Source of the DNA: an uncultured Alphaproteobacteria bacterium
Lineage (GTDB): Bacteria > Pseudomonadota > Alphaproteobacteria > Methylaequorales > Methylaequoraceae
Assembly: GCA_902617375.1 (NCBI GenBank)
Contig: CACMWI010000003.1
Coordinates: 138,092 to 202,091 of the forward strand
Direction of reading: 5' to 3'
DNA: 64,000 nt
Shown here: positions 1 to 9,233 of the stretch, in pieces
Numbering within the stretch: position 1 is the first letter of the stretch
How the letters are laid out: each line of letters opens with the position of its first letter
The notes under the pieces: generated by a model
Databases searched by the model: none
What the model saw: the letters and a program-made list of their open reading frames with translations, nothing else
What the model was told of the DNA's origin: nothing
Program-made: the position numbers and the translations under genes

Positions 1-2048
1 TCCTTTGGATCTAACATTAAAAAATCCCCACTTTTTCTACAAGAGATAAAAGTTCGCTCAAAAGATCCATTGTTTTTTAATGGTTCATTAGCTTGTGCAA
101 TTGCATATTTTTCTTCTTCCATTGCTGAAAGATAAACAATTTCCGATGTGACTTTAGAATTCACTACTTTTCTGTAGGGTGTTTCTATAAAACCGTATGT
201 GTTGACTTTAGAATAGGTAGCTAATGAGTTGATTAATCCAATATTTGGTCCCTCAGGAGTTTCAATAGGGCATATTCTTCCATAATGAGACGGATGAACA
301 TCTCTTACTTCAAATCCTGCTCTTTCCCTAGAAAGACCCCCAGGCCCAAGAGCAGAAAGTCTTCTTTTGTGTGTGATTTCAGACAATGGATTTGTTTGAT
401 CCATGAATTGAGAAAGCTGACTTTGACCAAAAAATTCTCTTATAGCTGCAGAAGCAGGTTTAGGATTAACAAGGTCGTTCGGCATAACAGTCTCAATATC
501 AGGAGCATTAGTCATTCTTTCTTTTATTGCTCTCTCCATTCTGATAACACCTAATGTATATTGATTTTCTAACAACTCACCTACTGATCTTACTCTTCTA
601 TTTCCTAGATGATCAATATCATCGATGTGTCCGTTTCCATCTTTGAGTCCAGCTAGATAACTCACAATTTTGATAATATCATTGTTTTGTAGGACTCTTA
701 AGTTCAAATCTGTGTCAAGATTGAGTCTTGTATTAATCTTAAGCCTTCCGACCGGTGAGAGATCGTAGCGCTCTCTGTCAAAAAAAAGATTTCTAAAGAG
801 TTTGTCCGCTGACTCGACAGTTGGAGGTTCACCAGGTCTTAATATTTTGTAAATTTCAGTAATAGCGTCGTTTCTATTTTTGTTTTTATCAGCAAAAAAA
901 GTATCTCTGATGTATGAGCCTTGTAGATTAGAATTAATGTGTAAGATATCGAATTCATCAATATTTTTTTCATCTAAATATTTTAATGTATTTTCAGTAA
1001 TTTGATCACCGGCTTCGAAATGTATTATCCCGTTATTGGTATCGAAAATGTCACTTGCTAAAAACTTTTCTTGTATTGTAGAATTGTCTAAAAATAAATT
1101 TTTGACTGACTTCTCTGATAAATTTTTTTGAATACCAATATTAAATTTTTCTCCAGCTTTCGCATAAACTTTACCTGTTTCCGAATCGATTAAATCAAAA
1201 TCAAGCTTCATGCCAACAAAATCGTCTTTATTGTATTTAATCTCCCAACCTTTATTCTTTCTTTTTAGGGTAGATGTTTTATAGAAAAATTTAAATAAGT
1301 CCTCATGTGTCATACCGTTAATTTTGTTGTAGTCTATTTCTTTTCCTTCTTTTCTACAACTTTCTCTATATTCTGACGACTTTTGATCGTCTAAGGCTAA
1401 AAGCAATGATGAAGCTAGAAGCTTCCTTCTTTTATCAATTCTAACATAGATTAAGTCTTTGGGATCAAACTCAAAATCAATCCATGAACCACTGTAAGGA
1501 ATTAATCTTGAAGCGAAAAGAAACTTTCCGGTTGAATGGCTTTTACCTTTATCATGATCGAAGAAAACTCCAGGAGATCTATGCATCTGAGAAACAACTA
1601 CTCTAGTTGTTCCATTGAAAACAAAAGTACCTTTTGATGTCATTAAAGGCATATCTCCAAGATATACGTCTTGCTCTTTAATATCTTTAACAGATGAAAT
1701 TCCGGTTTCTTCATCAATCTCCCTAATAATTAGGTTTAAAGTAACTTTTAGAAGAGAACCGTAAGTTCCACCTCTTTGAATACACTCTTCGACGTCATAC
1801 TTTGGATCTTCAAGTTCATATTTTACAAAACGCAACTCAGCAACACCTGAAAAATCTGTTATTGGAAAAACCTTATTAAATACAGCCTGTAAACCGATAT
1901 CTTCTCTTTCATCGGACTTGACATCTTTTTGCAAGAAAAGATCGTATGAATTTTTCTGAATCTCCAAGAGATTCGGCATATTAACTAAGTCTGGAATTTT
2001 TCCAAAACTTTTTCTGATATTATGATTGTCAGTAAATGATTTCTTCAT
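1..2048 (-). CDS. rpoB: DNA-directed RNA polymerase beta subunit, N-terminal ~680 aa (3' part lies beyond the window edge)
   Basis: Minus-strand ATG at 2046-2048. Translation begins [31 protein letters not shown], matching the RpoB N-terminus (E. coli begins ...KKRIRKDFGK...). It follows rplL in the canonical rplKAJL-rpoB order. Confidence 0.9.
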   Translation of the reverse strand, partial: MKKSFTDNHNIRKSFGKIPDLVNMPNLLEIQKNSYDLFLQKDVKSDEREDIGLQAVFNKVFPITDFSGVAELRFVKYELEDPKYDVEECIQRGGTYGSLLKVTLNLIIREIDEETGISSVKDIKEQDVYLGDMPLMTSKGTFVFNGTTRVVVSQMHRSPGVFFDHDKGKSHSTGKFLFASRLIPYSGSWIDFEFDPKDLIYVRIDKRRKLLASSLLLALDDQKSSEYRESCRKEGKEIDYNKINGMTHEDLFKFFYKTSTLKRKNKGWEIKYNKDDFVGMKLDFDLIDSETGKVYAKAGEKFNIGIQKNLSEKSVKNLFLDNSTIQEKFLASDIFDTNNGIIHFEAGDQITENTLKYLDEKNIDEFDILHINSNLQGSYIRDTFFADKNKNRNDAITEIYKILRPGEPPTVESADKLFRNLFFDRERYDLSPVGRLKINTRLNLDTDLNLRVLQNNDIIKIVSYLAGLKDGNGHIDDIDHLGNRRVRSVGELLENQYTLGVIRMERAIKERMTNAPDIETVMPNDLVNPKPASAAIREFFGQSQLSQFMDQTNPLSEITHKRRLSALGPGGLSRERAGFEVRDVHPSHYGRICPIETPEGPNIGLINSLATYSKVNTYGFIETPYRKVVNSKVTSEIVYLSAMEEEKYAIAQANEPLKNNGSFERTFISCRKSGDFLMLDPK

Positions 2049-2054
2049 ATGATG

Positions 2055-2435
2055 CTACTTAAGTTCTACAGTTGCACCAGCTTCCTCAAGCTGTTTTTTG
2101 AACTTTTCAGCATCTTCCTTATTAACACCATCTTTGAGCTTACTTGGAGCCCCTTCAACTAAATCTTTGGCCTCTTTCAATCCCAGTCCGGTGATTGTCC
2201 TTACTTCTTTAATAACATTGATTTTTTTATCTCCAGACGCGGCTAAATGAATTTCGAACTCAGTCTTTTCTTCACTCGCGGCTGCTTCAGAAGGTGCCCC
2301 ACCAGCTGCGGCTGCAACAGCAACTGGTGCTGCGGCAGAAACCCCCCATTTTTCTTCTAAAATTTTTGTTAATTCTGAAGCCTCAAGAACAGTTAGTGTA
2401 GATAAGTCCTCAGCAATTTTTTGTACATCAGCCAT
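2055..2435 (-). CDS. rplL: 50S ribosomal protein L7/L12
   Basis: 126 aa with an Ala-rich hinge and the C-terminal [15 protein letters not shown] motif. Confidence 0.95.
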   Translation of the reverse strand: MADVQKIAEDLSTLTVLEASELTKILEEKWGVSAAAPVAVAAAAGGAPSEAAASEEKTEFEIHLAASGDKKINVIKEVRTITGLGLKEAKDLVEGAPSKLKDGVNKEDAEKFKKQLEEAGATVELK

Positions 2436-2452
2436 AGTTTTTCTCCTTAGTT

Positions 2453-2968
2453 TTAATTATCAGCTTTATATTTTTCATTTATAACTCTTACAATATTAGA
2501 TTGATTCTTTTGAAGTATGGAAACAATACTTGTTTGCGTAGAAACAAGTAAACCCAATATCTTCGCTCTTATTTCCTCTAAAGAAGGAAGTGAAGCGAGA
2601 TTTTTTATTTCATCGATACTAAGTTCTTTGTCCCCCATGACTCCACCTAAAATTTTAAAGTTTTCGTTTTCTTTAGCAAACTTAACTAGAATTTTAGATG
2701 TTGAAACTGGATCATTTGAGTAAGCAACAGAGGTAGGACCTACAAATAACTTTTCAGCAATTTTGAAGTTAGTGTCTTTTATTGCTCTTTTAACAAGTGT
2801 ATTCTTTGCTACCCTAAAATAAGAATCAGAATTACTTTTAATTTCTTTGCGTAAGCTTGAAATTTCTAAAACATTCAACCCTTTATAATCAGCTACTAAT
2901 AAAAAATCGGAATCTTTTAAAGCTTTATTAAATTCTGTTACAAATTCTTGTTTTTCAGATCTTTGCAT
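2453..2968 (-). CDS. rplJ: 50S ribosomal protein L10
   Basis: 171 aa lying between rplA and rplL; L10-like N-terminus. Confidence 0.9.
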   Translation of the reverse strand: MQRSEKQEFVTEFNKALKDSDFLLVADYKGLNVLEISSLRKEIKSNSDSYFRVAKNTLVKRAIKDTNFKIAEKLFVGPTSVAYSNDPVSTSKILVKFAKENENFKILGGVMGDKELSIDEIKNLASLPSLEEIRAKILGLLVSTQTSIVSILQKNQSNIVRVINEKYKADN

Positions 2969-3079
2969 TTAATATTTAACCTCCAAAAAACTGCCTGAGT
3001 GAAAATATTTATAAAAATCTATCCAGGAATTTAATGCAAAATGCAACCTGAAGTCTCCGACAGAATCAAATTTTTAATA
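2969..3079 (-). promoter_or_regulatory. Candidate rplJ 5' leader (L10 autoregulatory leader)
   Basis: A 111-nt spacer between rplA and rplJ in a genome where most spacers are under 30 nt. An L10(L12)4-binding leader sits at this position in many bacteria. I did not verify the structure. Confidence 0.3.
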
Positions 3080-3769
3080 TTACATAACACTTGTTGGATC
3101 AACTTGCAACCCCGGACCCATTGTTGAGTTGATAAAAAATTTTTTTATGAAAATTCCTTTAGAAGTTTCAGGTTTTTTCTTTTTGATTTCCTGTAAAAGA
3201 AATTCAATATTCCTCTTAAGTTCATCTGCTGAGAAACTAATTTTTCCAACAGAAGCATGAATAATTCCTGCTTTATCTGTTTTATATTCAACTTGCCCAA
3301 GTTTAACGTTTTTAATTGCATTAGCTATGTCATTAGTAACAGTTCCAAGTTTTGGGTTTGGCATCAAGCCTTTTGGACCTAGGATTTGCCCTAGAGAACT
3401 TACCTTGACCATCATCTTTGGCGTTGAAATACATTTATCAAAATTCAGTTCTCCTTTTTTTATCGTGTCAATCAAATCATCACCACCCACAATTTCAGCT
3501 CCAGCTTTTTTTGCTTTTTCAATATCATCTCCATCAGCAAATACTGCAATCTTGATGTTTTTTTTTGGCATTTTTGGAAGACTAGTTACACCTCTTATTT
3601 GTTGATCAGATTTTTTAGCATCAATACCGAGAATTATTGATATATCCAATGATTCGTCAAATTTCTTGGATGCAAACTTTTTAGAAATGTCTACCGCTTC
3701 TTCCAGCTTGTGAATCGTTTTTTCTTTAATTTCTTCTTTAATAAGTTTTTGCTTTTTTGAATTTTTCAT
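3080..3769 (-). CDS. rplA: 50S ribosomal protein L1
   Basis: 229 aa, L1 family. The stop codon overlaps the rplK start. Confidence 0.95.
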   Translation of the reverse strand: MKNSKKQKLIKEEIKEKTIHKLEEAVDISKKFASKKFDESLDISIILGIDAKKSDQQIRGVTSLPKMPKKNIKIAVFADGDDIEKAKKAGAEIVGGDDLIDTIKKGELNFDKCISTPKMMVKVSSLGQILGPKGLMPNPKLGTVTNDIANAIKNVKLGQVEYKTDKAGIIHASVGKISFSADELKRNIEFLLQEIKKKKPETSKGIFIKKFFINSTMGPGLQVDPTSVM

Positions 3770-4194
3770 TATTCTACTTTTATTCCCATGGATCTTGCTG
3801 TCCCAGCTACCATTTTTTTAGCAGATTCTATATTATCTGTATTTAGATCATTCATTTTATCTTGTGCAATTTGTTTTATATCGTTTTCTGAGATAGATGC
3901 AATAACTTCTTTACCAGGAGTTTTTGAAGCTTTTTTCAATTTGAGTGCTTTTTTAATAAAAAACGAAACTGGAGGTGATTTTGTTTCAAATGTGAAACTT
4001 TTATCTTGAAAAACAGTTATAATTACTGGTATTGGCATACCTTGCTCCAACTTTTGGGTAGAGGCATTAAAGGCTTTACAAAATTCCATTATATTTACTC
4101 CTTTTTGTCCAAGTGCCGGTCCTACAGGTGGAGATGGATTGGCCTGACCAGCTGGGATCTGAAGTTTAATGTATCCGTCTATTTTTTTTGCCAT
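3769..4194 (-). CDS. rplK: 50S ribosomal protein L11
   Basis: 141 aa beginning [30 protein letters not shown]. Confidence 0.95.
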   Translation of the reverse strand: MAKKIDGYIKLQIPAGQANPSPPVGPALGQKGVNIMEFCKAFNASTQKLEQGMPIPVIITVFQDKSFTFETKSPPVSFFIKKALKLKKASKTPGKEVIASISENDIKQIAQDKMNDLNTDNIESAKKMVAGTARSMGIKVE

Positions 4195-4212
4195 AATTGT
4201 TTTTCCTTTTAA

Positions 4213-4743
4213 TTAAACCTTTTCAACTTGTGAATAATCTAAATTCACTGGTGTAGACCTTCCAAATATTGAAACACTTACTTTTAACCTGGCTTTCTCT
4301 TCGTCTACCTCTTCTACCATCCCATTAAAGGAAGAAAAAGGGCCATCAGAAACTCTCACTTGTTCACCAATTTCAAAACTCACAGACGGCTTTGGTTTTT
4401 CCAATCCATCTTTCATTTGATCTAGAATTGAGTCAATTTCATTTTGCGAAACTGGAATAGGCTCGCCTTTTTTTCCTCCCAAAAATCCATATACTTTAGG
4501 AAGCGTTTTTACAATGTGCCATATTTCATCATCCATAATCATTTGTATCAACATATAGCCAGGGAAAAACTTTCTCTCTGAGCTAACTTTTTTTCCTTTT
4601 TTCATTTCTATAACCTCTTCTGAAGGTATAAGAATCTTAGAAATATTATCTTTAAGACCTTTTTTTTCAGCTTGGGCTAAAAGTTCTTTTTCAATTTTTT
4701 TTTCGTTGCCAGAGTAAACCTGAAGTATGTACCAATTTAACAT
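4213..4743 (-). CDS. nusG: Transcription termination/antitermination factor NusG
   Basis: 176 aa with an NGN N-terminus and a KOW C-terminus, upstream of rplK. Confidence 0.9.
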   Translation of the reverse strand: MLNWYILQVYSGNEKKIEKELLAQAEKKGLKDNISKILIPSEEVIEMKKGKKVSSERKFFPGYMLIQMIMDDEIWHIVKTLPKVYGFLGGKKGEPIPVSQNEIDSILDQMKDGLEKPKPSVSFEIGEQVRVSDGPFSSFNGMVEEVDEEKARLKVSVSIFGRSTPVNLDYSQVEKV

Positions 4744-4748
4744 AAAAC

Positions 4749-4934
4749 CTAGAATAAAATAAATTCGACACCAAAAGAAATAATTTTATCGACTAACAAA
4801 AAAAAGATCGAAGAAATTAAAACAAAAATAAAAACCATTATAGTTGTTGTTATAACTTCAGGCTTTGTAGGCCATGTAATTTTCAAAGCTTCTTGTTTAA
4901 CTTCTTTATAAAATGTAAGAATTTTTTGCATCAT
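4749..4934 (-). CDS. secE: Preprotein translocase subunit SecE
   Basis: 61 aa single-TM protein immediately upstream of nusG, next to tRNA-Trp. Confidence 0.8.
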   Translation of the reverse strand: MMQKILTFYKEVKQEALKITWPTKPEVITTTIMVFIFVLISSIFFLLVDKIISFGVEFILF

Positions 4935-5003
4935 ATTTTGTAGATTATTTTTTTGGTATTGTTAACATAATCTAAAATAAAATCAAACAGCAAATAAATT
5001 TCA

Positions 5004-5726
5004 ATGAGCATACTGAACAAAAATGTTTTTATTTTAACAGGGGCAGGAATATCAAAGGAAAGTGGGATAAACACTTTTAGAGAAGAAGACGGTTTGTGGG
5101 ACAATTACAAAATTGAAGATGTTTGCACACCAAATGCTTTTAAAAGAAACCCCGATTTAGTAAATAATTTCTACAACGAGAGAAAATCTCAATTAGAAAG
5201 CCCACAAATAAAACCTAATGAAGCCCATCTTTCGCTTGTAGAATTCGAAAGAAACTGCTCGGGAGAGTTTTTAATTGTAACTCAAAATATTGATAATCTC
5301 CACGAAAGAGCTGGATCAAAAAAAATTCTTCATATGCATGGTTCACTCGAAAGTGCTTATTGCATGTATTGTAATCAAAAAGTGATTTTAAACTTCAATT
5401 TATCAACCAGTTATCAATGTAAAAACTGTTTAAATAAAGGAATGGTAAGAGTTGATGTTGTATGGTTTGGCGAACAACCAAAATATTTAGAAGAGATATA
5501 TAACTTTTTAGAGAAAACAGAAGTCTTTATTTCTATTGGGACTTCAAACAATGTCTACCCTGCTGCGGGTTTTATTGATTTTTTGAATCAACTTAATAAA
5601 AAAAAATTAATGTATGAGTTCAACCTTGAGAAAACAATCAAAACAGCACAGTTTGATCAAACATACTTTGGACCTGCAACCAAAACAATACCAATGTTTG
5701 TAAAAAATTTAATAAAAGATTTGTAA
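5004..5726 (+). CDS. cobB: NAD-dependent protein deacylase (sirtuin, Sir2 family)
   Basis: 240 aa with the GAGIS(K/A)ESGI Rossmann motif, a CxxC...CxxC zinc ribbon and the HG motif. Confidence 0.85.
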   Translation: MSILNKNVFILTGAGISKESGINTFREEDGLWDNYKIEDVCTPNAFKRNPDLVNNFYNERKSQLESPQIKPNEAHLSLVEFERNCSGEFLIVTQNIDNLHERAGSKKILHMHGSLESAYCMYCNQKVILNFNLSTSYQCKNCLNKGMVRVDVVWFGEQPKYLEEIYNFLEKTEVFISIGTSNNVYPAAGFIDFLNQLNKKKLMYEFNLEKTIKTAQFDQTYFGPATKTIPMFVKNLIKDL

Positions 5727-5727
5727 A

Positions 5728-5803
5728 TGGCAGGGGCGGAGAGATTCGAACTCACGACCTACGGTTTTGGAGACCGTCGCTCTACCAACTGAGCTACACC
5801 CCT
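5728..5803 (-). tRNA. tRNA-Trp (anticodon CCA)
   Basis: The reverse complement folds as a 76-nt cloverleaf: acceptor AGGGGTG/CGCCCCT, anticodon arm ACGGT-CTCCAAA-ACCGT, 3' CCA. It is very similar to E. coli tRNA-Trp. Confidence 0.9.
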
Positions 5804-5811
5804 AAATTCGT

Positions 5812-5885
5812 TGGAGCGGGTGAAGGGAATCGAACCCTCGTAACCAGCTTGGAAGGCTGGGGCTTTACCACTAAGCTACACCCGC
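5812..5885 (-). tRNA. tRNA-Gly (anticodon TCC)
   Basis: 74-nt cloverleaf: acceptor GCGGGTG/CACCCGC, anticodon arm CCAGC-CTTCCAA-GCTGG, T-loop TTCGATT. Confidence 0.9.
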
Positions 5886-5946
5886 AACAAAAAAATAAAA
5901 AAATCTCCAACATAATGTGATAAACTTATAATAAATACAACCATTA

Positions 5947-6267
5947 ATGACATTTACGATATTACACAATAAAAATTGTTCTAAATCTAGGGCTTGCATT
6001 CAAATTTTGGAAAGTGAGAATGTTGATTTCAACATTAGAGATTACATAAAAAACCCTTTATCTTTTGATGAAGTAAAACATTTGATCCAAAATTTATTGG
6101 GAAATAAATTTGATATTTTAAGAAAGAAGACTGAAAAAAATATTGATGAAAAAGATTTAATCAAATATATATTTGAAAATCAAAAAGATCTACAAAGACC
6201 CATTTTTTTTGATGGTAAAAATTATATTGTATGCAGACCACCAGATAAGGTACTAGAATATATCTAG
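5947..6267 (+). CDS. ArsC/Spx-family protein (YffB-like arsenate reductase-related)
   Basis: 106 aa with an N-terminal NCSKSR redox motif; fold and size match the ArsC/Spx family. Confidence 0.65.
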   Translation: MTFTILHNKNCSKSRACIQILESENVDFNIRDYIKNPLSFDEVKHLIQNLLGNKFDILRKKTEKNIDEKDLIKYIFENQKDLQRPIFFDGKNYIVCRPPDKVLEYI

Positions 6268-6272
6268 GAAAG

Positions 6273-6358
6273 TGGTGGAGGGAGTAGGATTTGAACCTAC
6301 GTAGGCTTACGCCGTCAGATTTACAGTCTGATGTATTTGACCACTCTACCATCCCTCC
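6273..6358 (-). tRNA. tRNA-Tyr (anticodon GTA)
   Basis: 86 nt with a long variable arm: acceptor GGAGGGA/TCCCTCC, anticodon loop ACTGTAAAT, T-loop TTCAAAT, CCA encoded. Confidence 0.9.
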
Positions 6359-6427
6359 ATAAGATGCATGTATACTTTTAAAGCCTATGAATTGTAAAGA
6401 AAAAAAATTTAAATTTAGTATGCATTA

Positions 6428-7147
6428 ATGGACAATCAAATAGACATAATAATGGGACAACATGCAGCACTTGCTGCAATTGAAAACTTAACAAGGGTTA
6501 TAATTTCCTTAAAGTGTACAAAAGAGTTTTTTGAAAAAAATAAAATTGCAATTGAAAATAGAGGAATAAGTAAACTTTATATCGTTTCAAGAAAAGAAAT
6601 AGATTCTGAAATTAAAAATAATGTTCACCAAGGTATTTTATTGAAATGTAAAAGTTTAAAACAAATTAGTTTGGAGGAAATTAATAAAAATGAAAAAAAC
6701 ATTGTAATACTGGATTCTTTAAATGATTCACAAAATGTTGGATCTATTTTAAGAACATCTTATTTATTCGGAATAAAAACAATAATTTCAAATAAAGATA
6801 ACTCTTTCAAAATTAATCCTTTTTTAATTAAATCAGCAAGCGGCGCATTTGAAAAAATAAACTTTATTGAAGTAATAAACTTAAACAGAACAGTTGAAAA
6901 ATTGAAAAAAATGGGTTATTGGATTGTGGGATTTGATATGAACGCTAAAAGTAATATTTCTGAGGTTCCAAAAGATCTAAAAAAAGTTTTAATATTTGGT
7001 TCAGAGGGCAAGGGAATAAGACCACTAATTTTAAAGAACTGTGATTTCAAAACTAAAATAAGCTTAAAAGTAGAGGACAGAAAAATCGATAGTTTGAATG
7101 TTTCAAATTGCGTTTCAATAGCACTGTACGAATGTCTTAGAAAATGA
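6428..7147 (+). CDS. TrmH/SpoU-family RNA 2'-O-methyltransferase (RlmB-like)
   Basis: 239 aa with the SPOUT motifs ...VILDSLNDSQNVGSILRT... and ...VLIFGSEGKGI.... Confidence 0.8.
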   Translation: MDNQIDIIMGQHAALAAIENLTRVIISLKCTKEFFEKNKIAIENRGISKLYIVSRKEIDSEIKNNVHQGILLKCKSLKQISLEEINKNEKNIVILDSLNDSQNVGSILRTSYLFGIKTIISNKDNSFKINPFLIKSASGAFEKINFIEVINLNRTVEKLKKMGYWIVGFDMNAKSNISEVPKDLKKVLIFGSEGKGIRPLILKNCDFKTKISLKVEDRKIDSLNVSNCVSIALYECLRK

Positions 7148-7761
7148 AAGAGCTTCCAAAATTTTATAATTCACTCGAAGAAACAAAAAAAGAGATTTTT
7201 TCTCTTTTATTCCAAGGCGTAAAAAAAAGAAAATCTAATTTTCATAATCTTGTTCTTAATACTGTAGATTTACATAACAAACCTGATGCAAGAACAGTGG
7301 TATTAAGAAGTTTCTCACAGGAAAATTTAACTATTGGCATTCATACTGATAATAGATCTGAAAAAGTTGAACATTTAAAAAATAATAACTTTACATGTTT
7401 AGTTTTTTATGATGATCAAAAAAAAATTCAACTAAGAATTCGAGGTACAACGAATTTAGAAAATTCTAAAAAAGAATCGTGGGACAAACTTTCGAATTGG
7501 TCTAAAAGATGTTATCTAACATCCAACCCTCCTGGACAAGTTTCTAATAATCCAACTTCTGGTTTTCCAAATAAATTTGAATCAGAAGCACCTTCCTCTG
7601 AAGCAGCTAATAAAGGTTTCGAAAATTTTACAGTTATAAGAATTTTTATAGATGAAATAGAGTGGTTATTTTTAGCAAGTCAAGGGCATCGGAGAGCTTT
7701 ATTTAAAATAAAAAGGGATAAATCTAATCTCAGCATAGAATCAAAATGGCTAGTTCCTTAA
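7144..7761 (+). CDS. pdxH: Pyridoxamine 5'-phosphate oxidase-like FMN-binding protein
   Basis: 205 aa. The region NLVLNTVDLHNKPDARTVVLRSF and the C-terminal ...IEWLF...HRRALFKIKRD...KWLVP resemble PdxH (E. coli ...IEFWQ..RLHDR...W.I.RLAP). It carries a low-complexity insert. Confidence 0.55.
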   Translation: MKELPKFYNSLEETKKEIFSLLFQGVKKRKSNFHNLVLNTVDLHNKPDARTVVLRSFSQENLTIGIHTDNRSEKVEHLKNNNFTCLVFYDDQKKIQLRIRGTTNLENSKKESWDKLSNWSKRCYLTSNPPGQVSNNPTSGFPNKFESEAPSSEAANKGFENFTVIRIFIDEIEWLFLASQGHRRALFKIKRDKSNLSIESKWLVP

Positions 7762-8348
7762 AATTTGAGTTATTTTTTATTTATTTTTTTTTACCATTAT
7801 TTATTCTAATTTTTCAGTCTAAAATATTAATTTTCACTTTATTGTATCTCGTCTTTATCTATACATTGCTAAAGCTAAGAAAAGATAAACGTTTTAAATC
7901 AAAAGCATTAACTAAAAAAATAAATTGGAGAATCTCTTTTATTTTTTTTGTTGCATTTCTTATTTTTGGTTATTTATATGTTTTATTATATGATCCAACT
8001 CTTCTTTTTAATTTTCCAAAAAATAATTTTCGCTTGTGGGTTATAGTAATGTTCATTTATCCATTTTTTTCAGTTATTCCACAAGAAATAGTCTACAGAG
8101 TTTACTTTTATCAAAGATATAAGAAACTTTTTAGTGGTAATTTATTATTACTCACACTTTTAAATTTATTTTTTTTTTCTTTTGCTCACATCGTTTTTAA
8201 TAATCCTCATGCGATTTTAATAACAGTAATTGCTTCACCAATTTTTTCTTACTTGTACATAAAAGAATCCTTTCTCACATGTGTTTTAGTGCATTCACTC
8301 GGAGGACAAATAATTTTTACATTAGGTTTAGGAAGATACTTTTACTAG
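7746..8348 (+). CDS. CPBP-family intramembrane metalloprotease (CAAX protease/Abi-like)
   Basis: 200 aa, polytopic, with EIVYRVYFYQRY (EExxxR-like), FAHIVFNNPH (FxxxH) and a distal HSLGG motif. Confidence 0.6.
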   Translation: MASSLKFELFFIYFFLPLFILIFQSKILIFTLLYLVFIYTLLKLRKDKRFKSKALTKKINWRISFIFFVAFLIFGYLYVLLYDPTLLFNFPKNNFRLWVIVMFIYPFFSVIPQEIVYRVYFYQRYKKLFSGNLLLLTLLNLFFFSFAHIVFNNPHAILITVIASPIFSYLYIKESFLTCVLVHSLGGQIIFTLGLGRYFY

Positions 8349-8890
8349 GGGTAGTAAGCACCTGTTCCTTTTAAACCACAATATCCGTTTGGGTTTTTAT
8401 GTAAATACTTTTGATGATAGTCTTCAGCTAAATAAAATTTATCAAGAATTACTATTTCGGTTTTAATTGATCCATATGACAGTTTATCTAGTTCAATCTG
8501 AAATTTCTTTTTTGAATCCTGTAAAAGTTCAATTTCTTTACTATTTTTTGATAAAATAATTGATCTATATTGACTACCGATATCATTTCCTTGTCTATTT
8601 AATTGAGTAGGATCGTGAGACTCCCAAAAAATTTTTAATAACTGTTTTAAACTAACTATTTGTTGATCATAAATGACTTTTACAACTTCGGCATGACCTG
8701 TATCGCCATTGCAAACAGTTTCATAATTTGGATCTTTGGTATGACCCCCAGCGTATCCGACAGCCGTTGTGTACAAACCATCTAACTTCCAAAATTTTCT
8801 TTCAGCTCCCCAAAAACAACCCATACCAAAAAATATTTGAGACAAATTGCTAGGTTCATCTGTTGTAAGGTCTTTATCGAATATACTCAT
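8345..8890 (-). CDS. msrA: Peptide methionine sulfoxide reductase MsrA
   Basis: 181 aa with the active-site GMGCFWGAE and the conserved GYAGG...HAEVV segment. Confidence 0.9.
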   Translation of the reverse strand: MSIFDKDLTTDEPSNLSQIFFGMGCFWGAERKFWKLDGLYTTAVGYAGGHTKDPNYETVCNGDTGHAEVVKVIYDQQIVSLKQLLKIFWESHDPTQLNRQGNDIGSQYRSIILSKNSKEIELLQDSKKKFQIELDKLSYGSIKTEIVILDKFYLAEDYHQKYLHKNPNGYCGLKGTGAYYP

Positions 8891-8949
8891 TACTGCTCGT
8901 GTTTTACAATTAAATTGACTTTGATTATAATAGAAATAATATGATAAAT

Positions 8950-9140
8950 ATACTTAGTGCCTGCAAGGGTTAAAAGGGAAACTAGTTAAAGTCTAGTACA
9001 GCCCCCGCTACTGTAAATTGTGTGTTTTGTCAATGTGCCACTGATAAAATTGGGAAGGCGATAAAACCAAAAGCAATGAGTCAGGAAACCTGCTAAGTTA
9101 GCGTCATTCAATCAGACTGCGGGTAGGTCTTCTGATGTGG
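8950..9140 (+). promoter_or_regulatory. Cobalamin (adenosylcobalamin/B12) riboswitch
   Basis: Read directly from the sequence: AGTGCC...AAAAGGGAA...ACAGCCCCCGCTACTGTAA...GCCACTG (B12 box)...TGGGAAGGCG...GAGTCAGGAAACCTGC. These conserved blocks occur in the canonical order and spacing of RF00174-type elements, 5' of the TonB-dependent receptor start at 9234. Confidence 0.85.
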
Positions 9141-9233
9141 AAAATCCATCGTGGTGACGTGTCAACCATGGTGGGACTCAATTATCTCACTTATTTTAAT
9201 TATTTTCAGATATAAATCTGAGAAAGGAAAAAT

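Noticed and set aside
285-554. Plus-strand ORFs embedded antisense in long minus-strand genes. This one lies within rpoB. Others in the track are 2517..2723, 3327..3605, 3788..4009, 13456..13662, 13939..14169, 16761..17036, 24834..25061, 27120..27362, 31809..32186, 36301..36627 and 62072..62572.
   Set aside because: Each lies entirely inside a well-supported gene on the opposite strand, has a low-complexity or hydrophobic composition driven by the antisense of AT-rich codons, and has no RBS. They are spurious.
5804-5946. Expected tufA between secE/tRNA-Trp and the tRNA-Gly/tRNA-Tyr block, or a mobile element at the tRNA cluster.
   Set aside because: The tRNAs are 8 nt apart and flanked directly by cobB and an ArsC-like gene. 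There is no integrase, direct repeat of a tRNA 3' end, or truncated gene, so this is native compaction and not an insertion scar.
9100-9233. An intrinsic terminator as the cobalamin riboswitch expression platform.
   Set aside because: There are near-repeats (ccatcgtgg / ccatggtgg) but no clean GC hairpin followed by a U-run. I could not define a terminator or antiterminator pair by eye.
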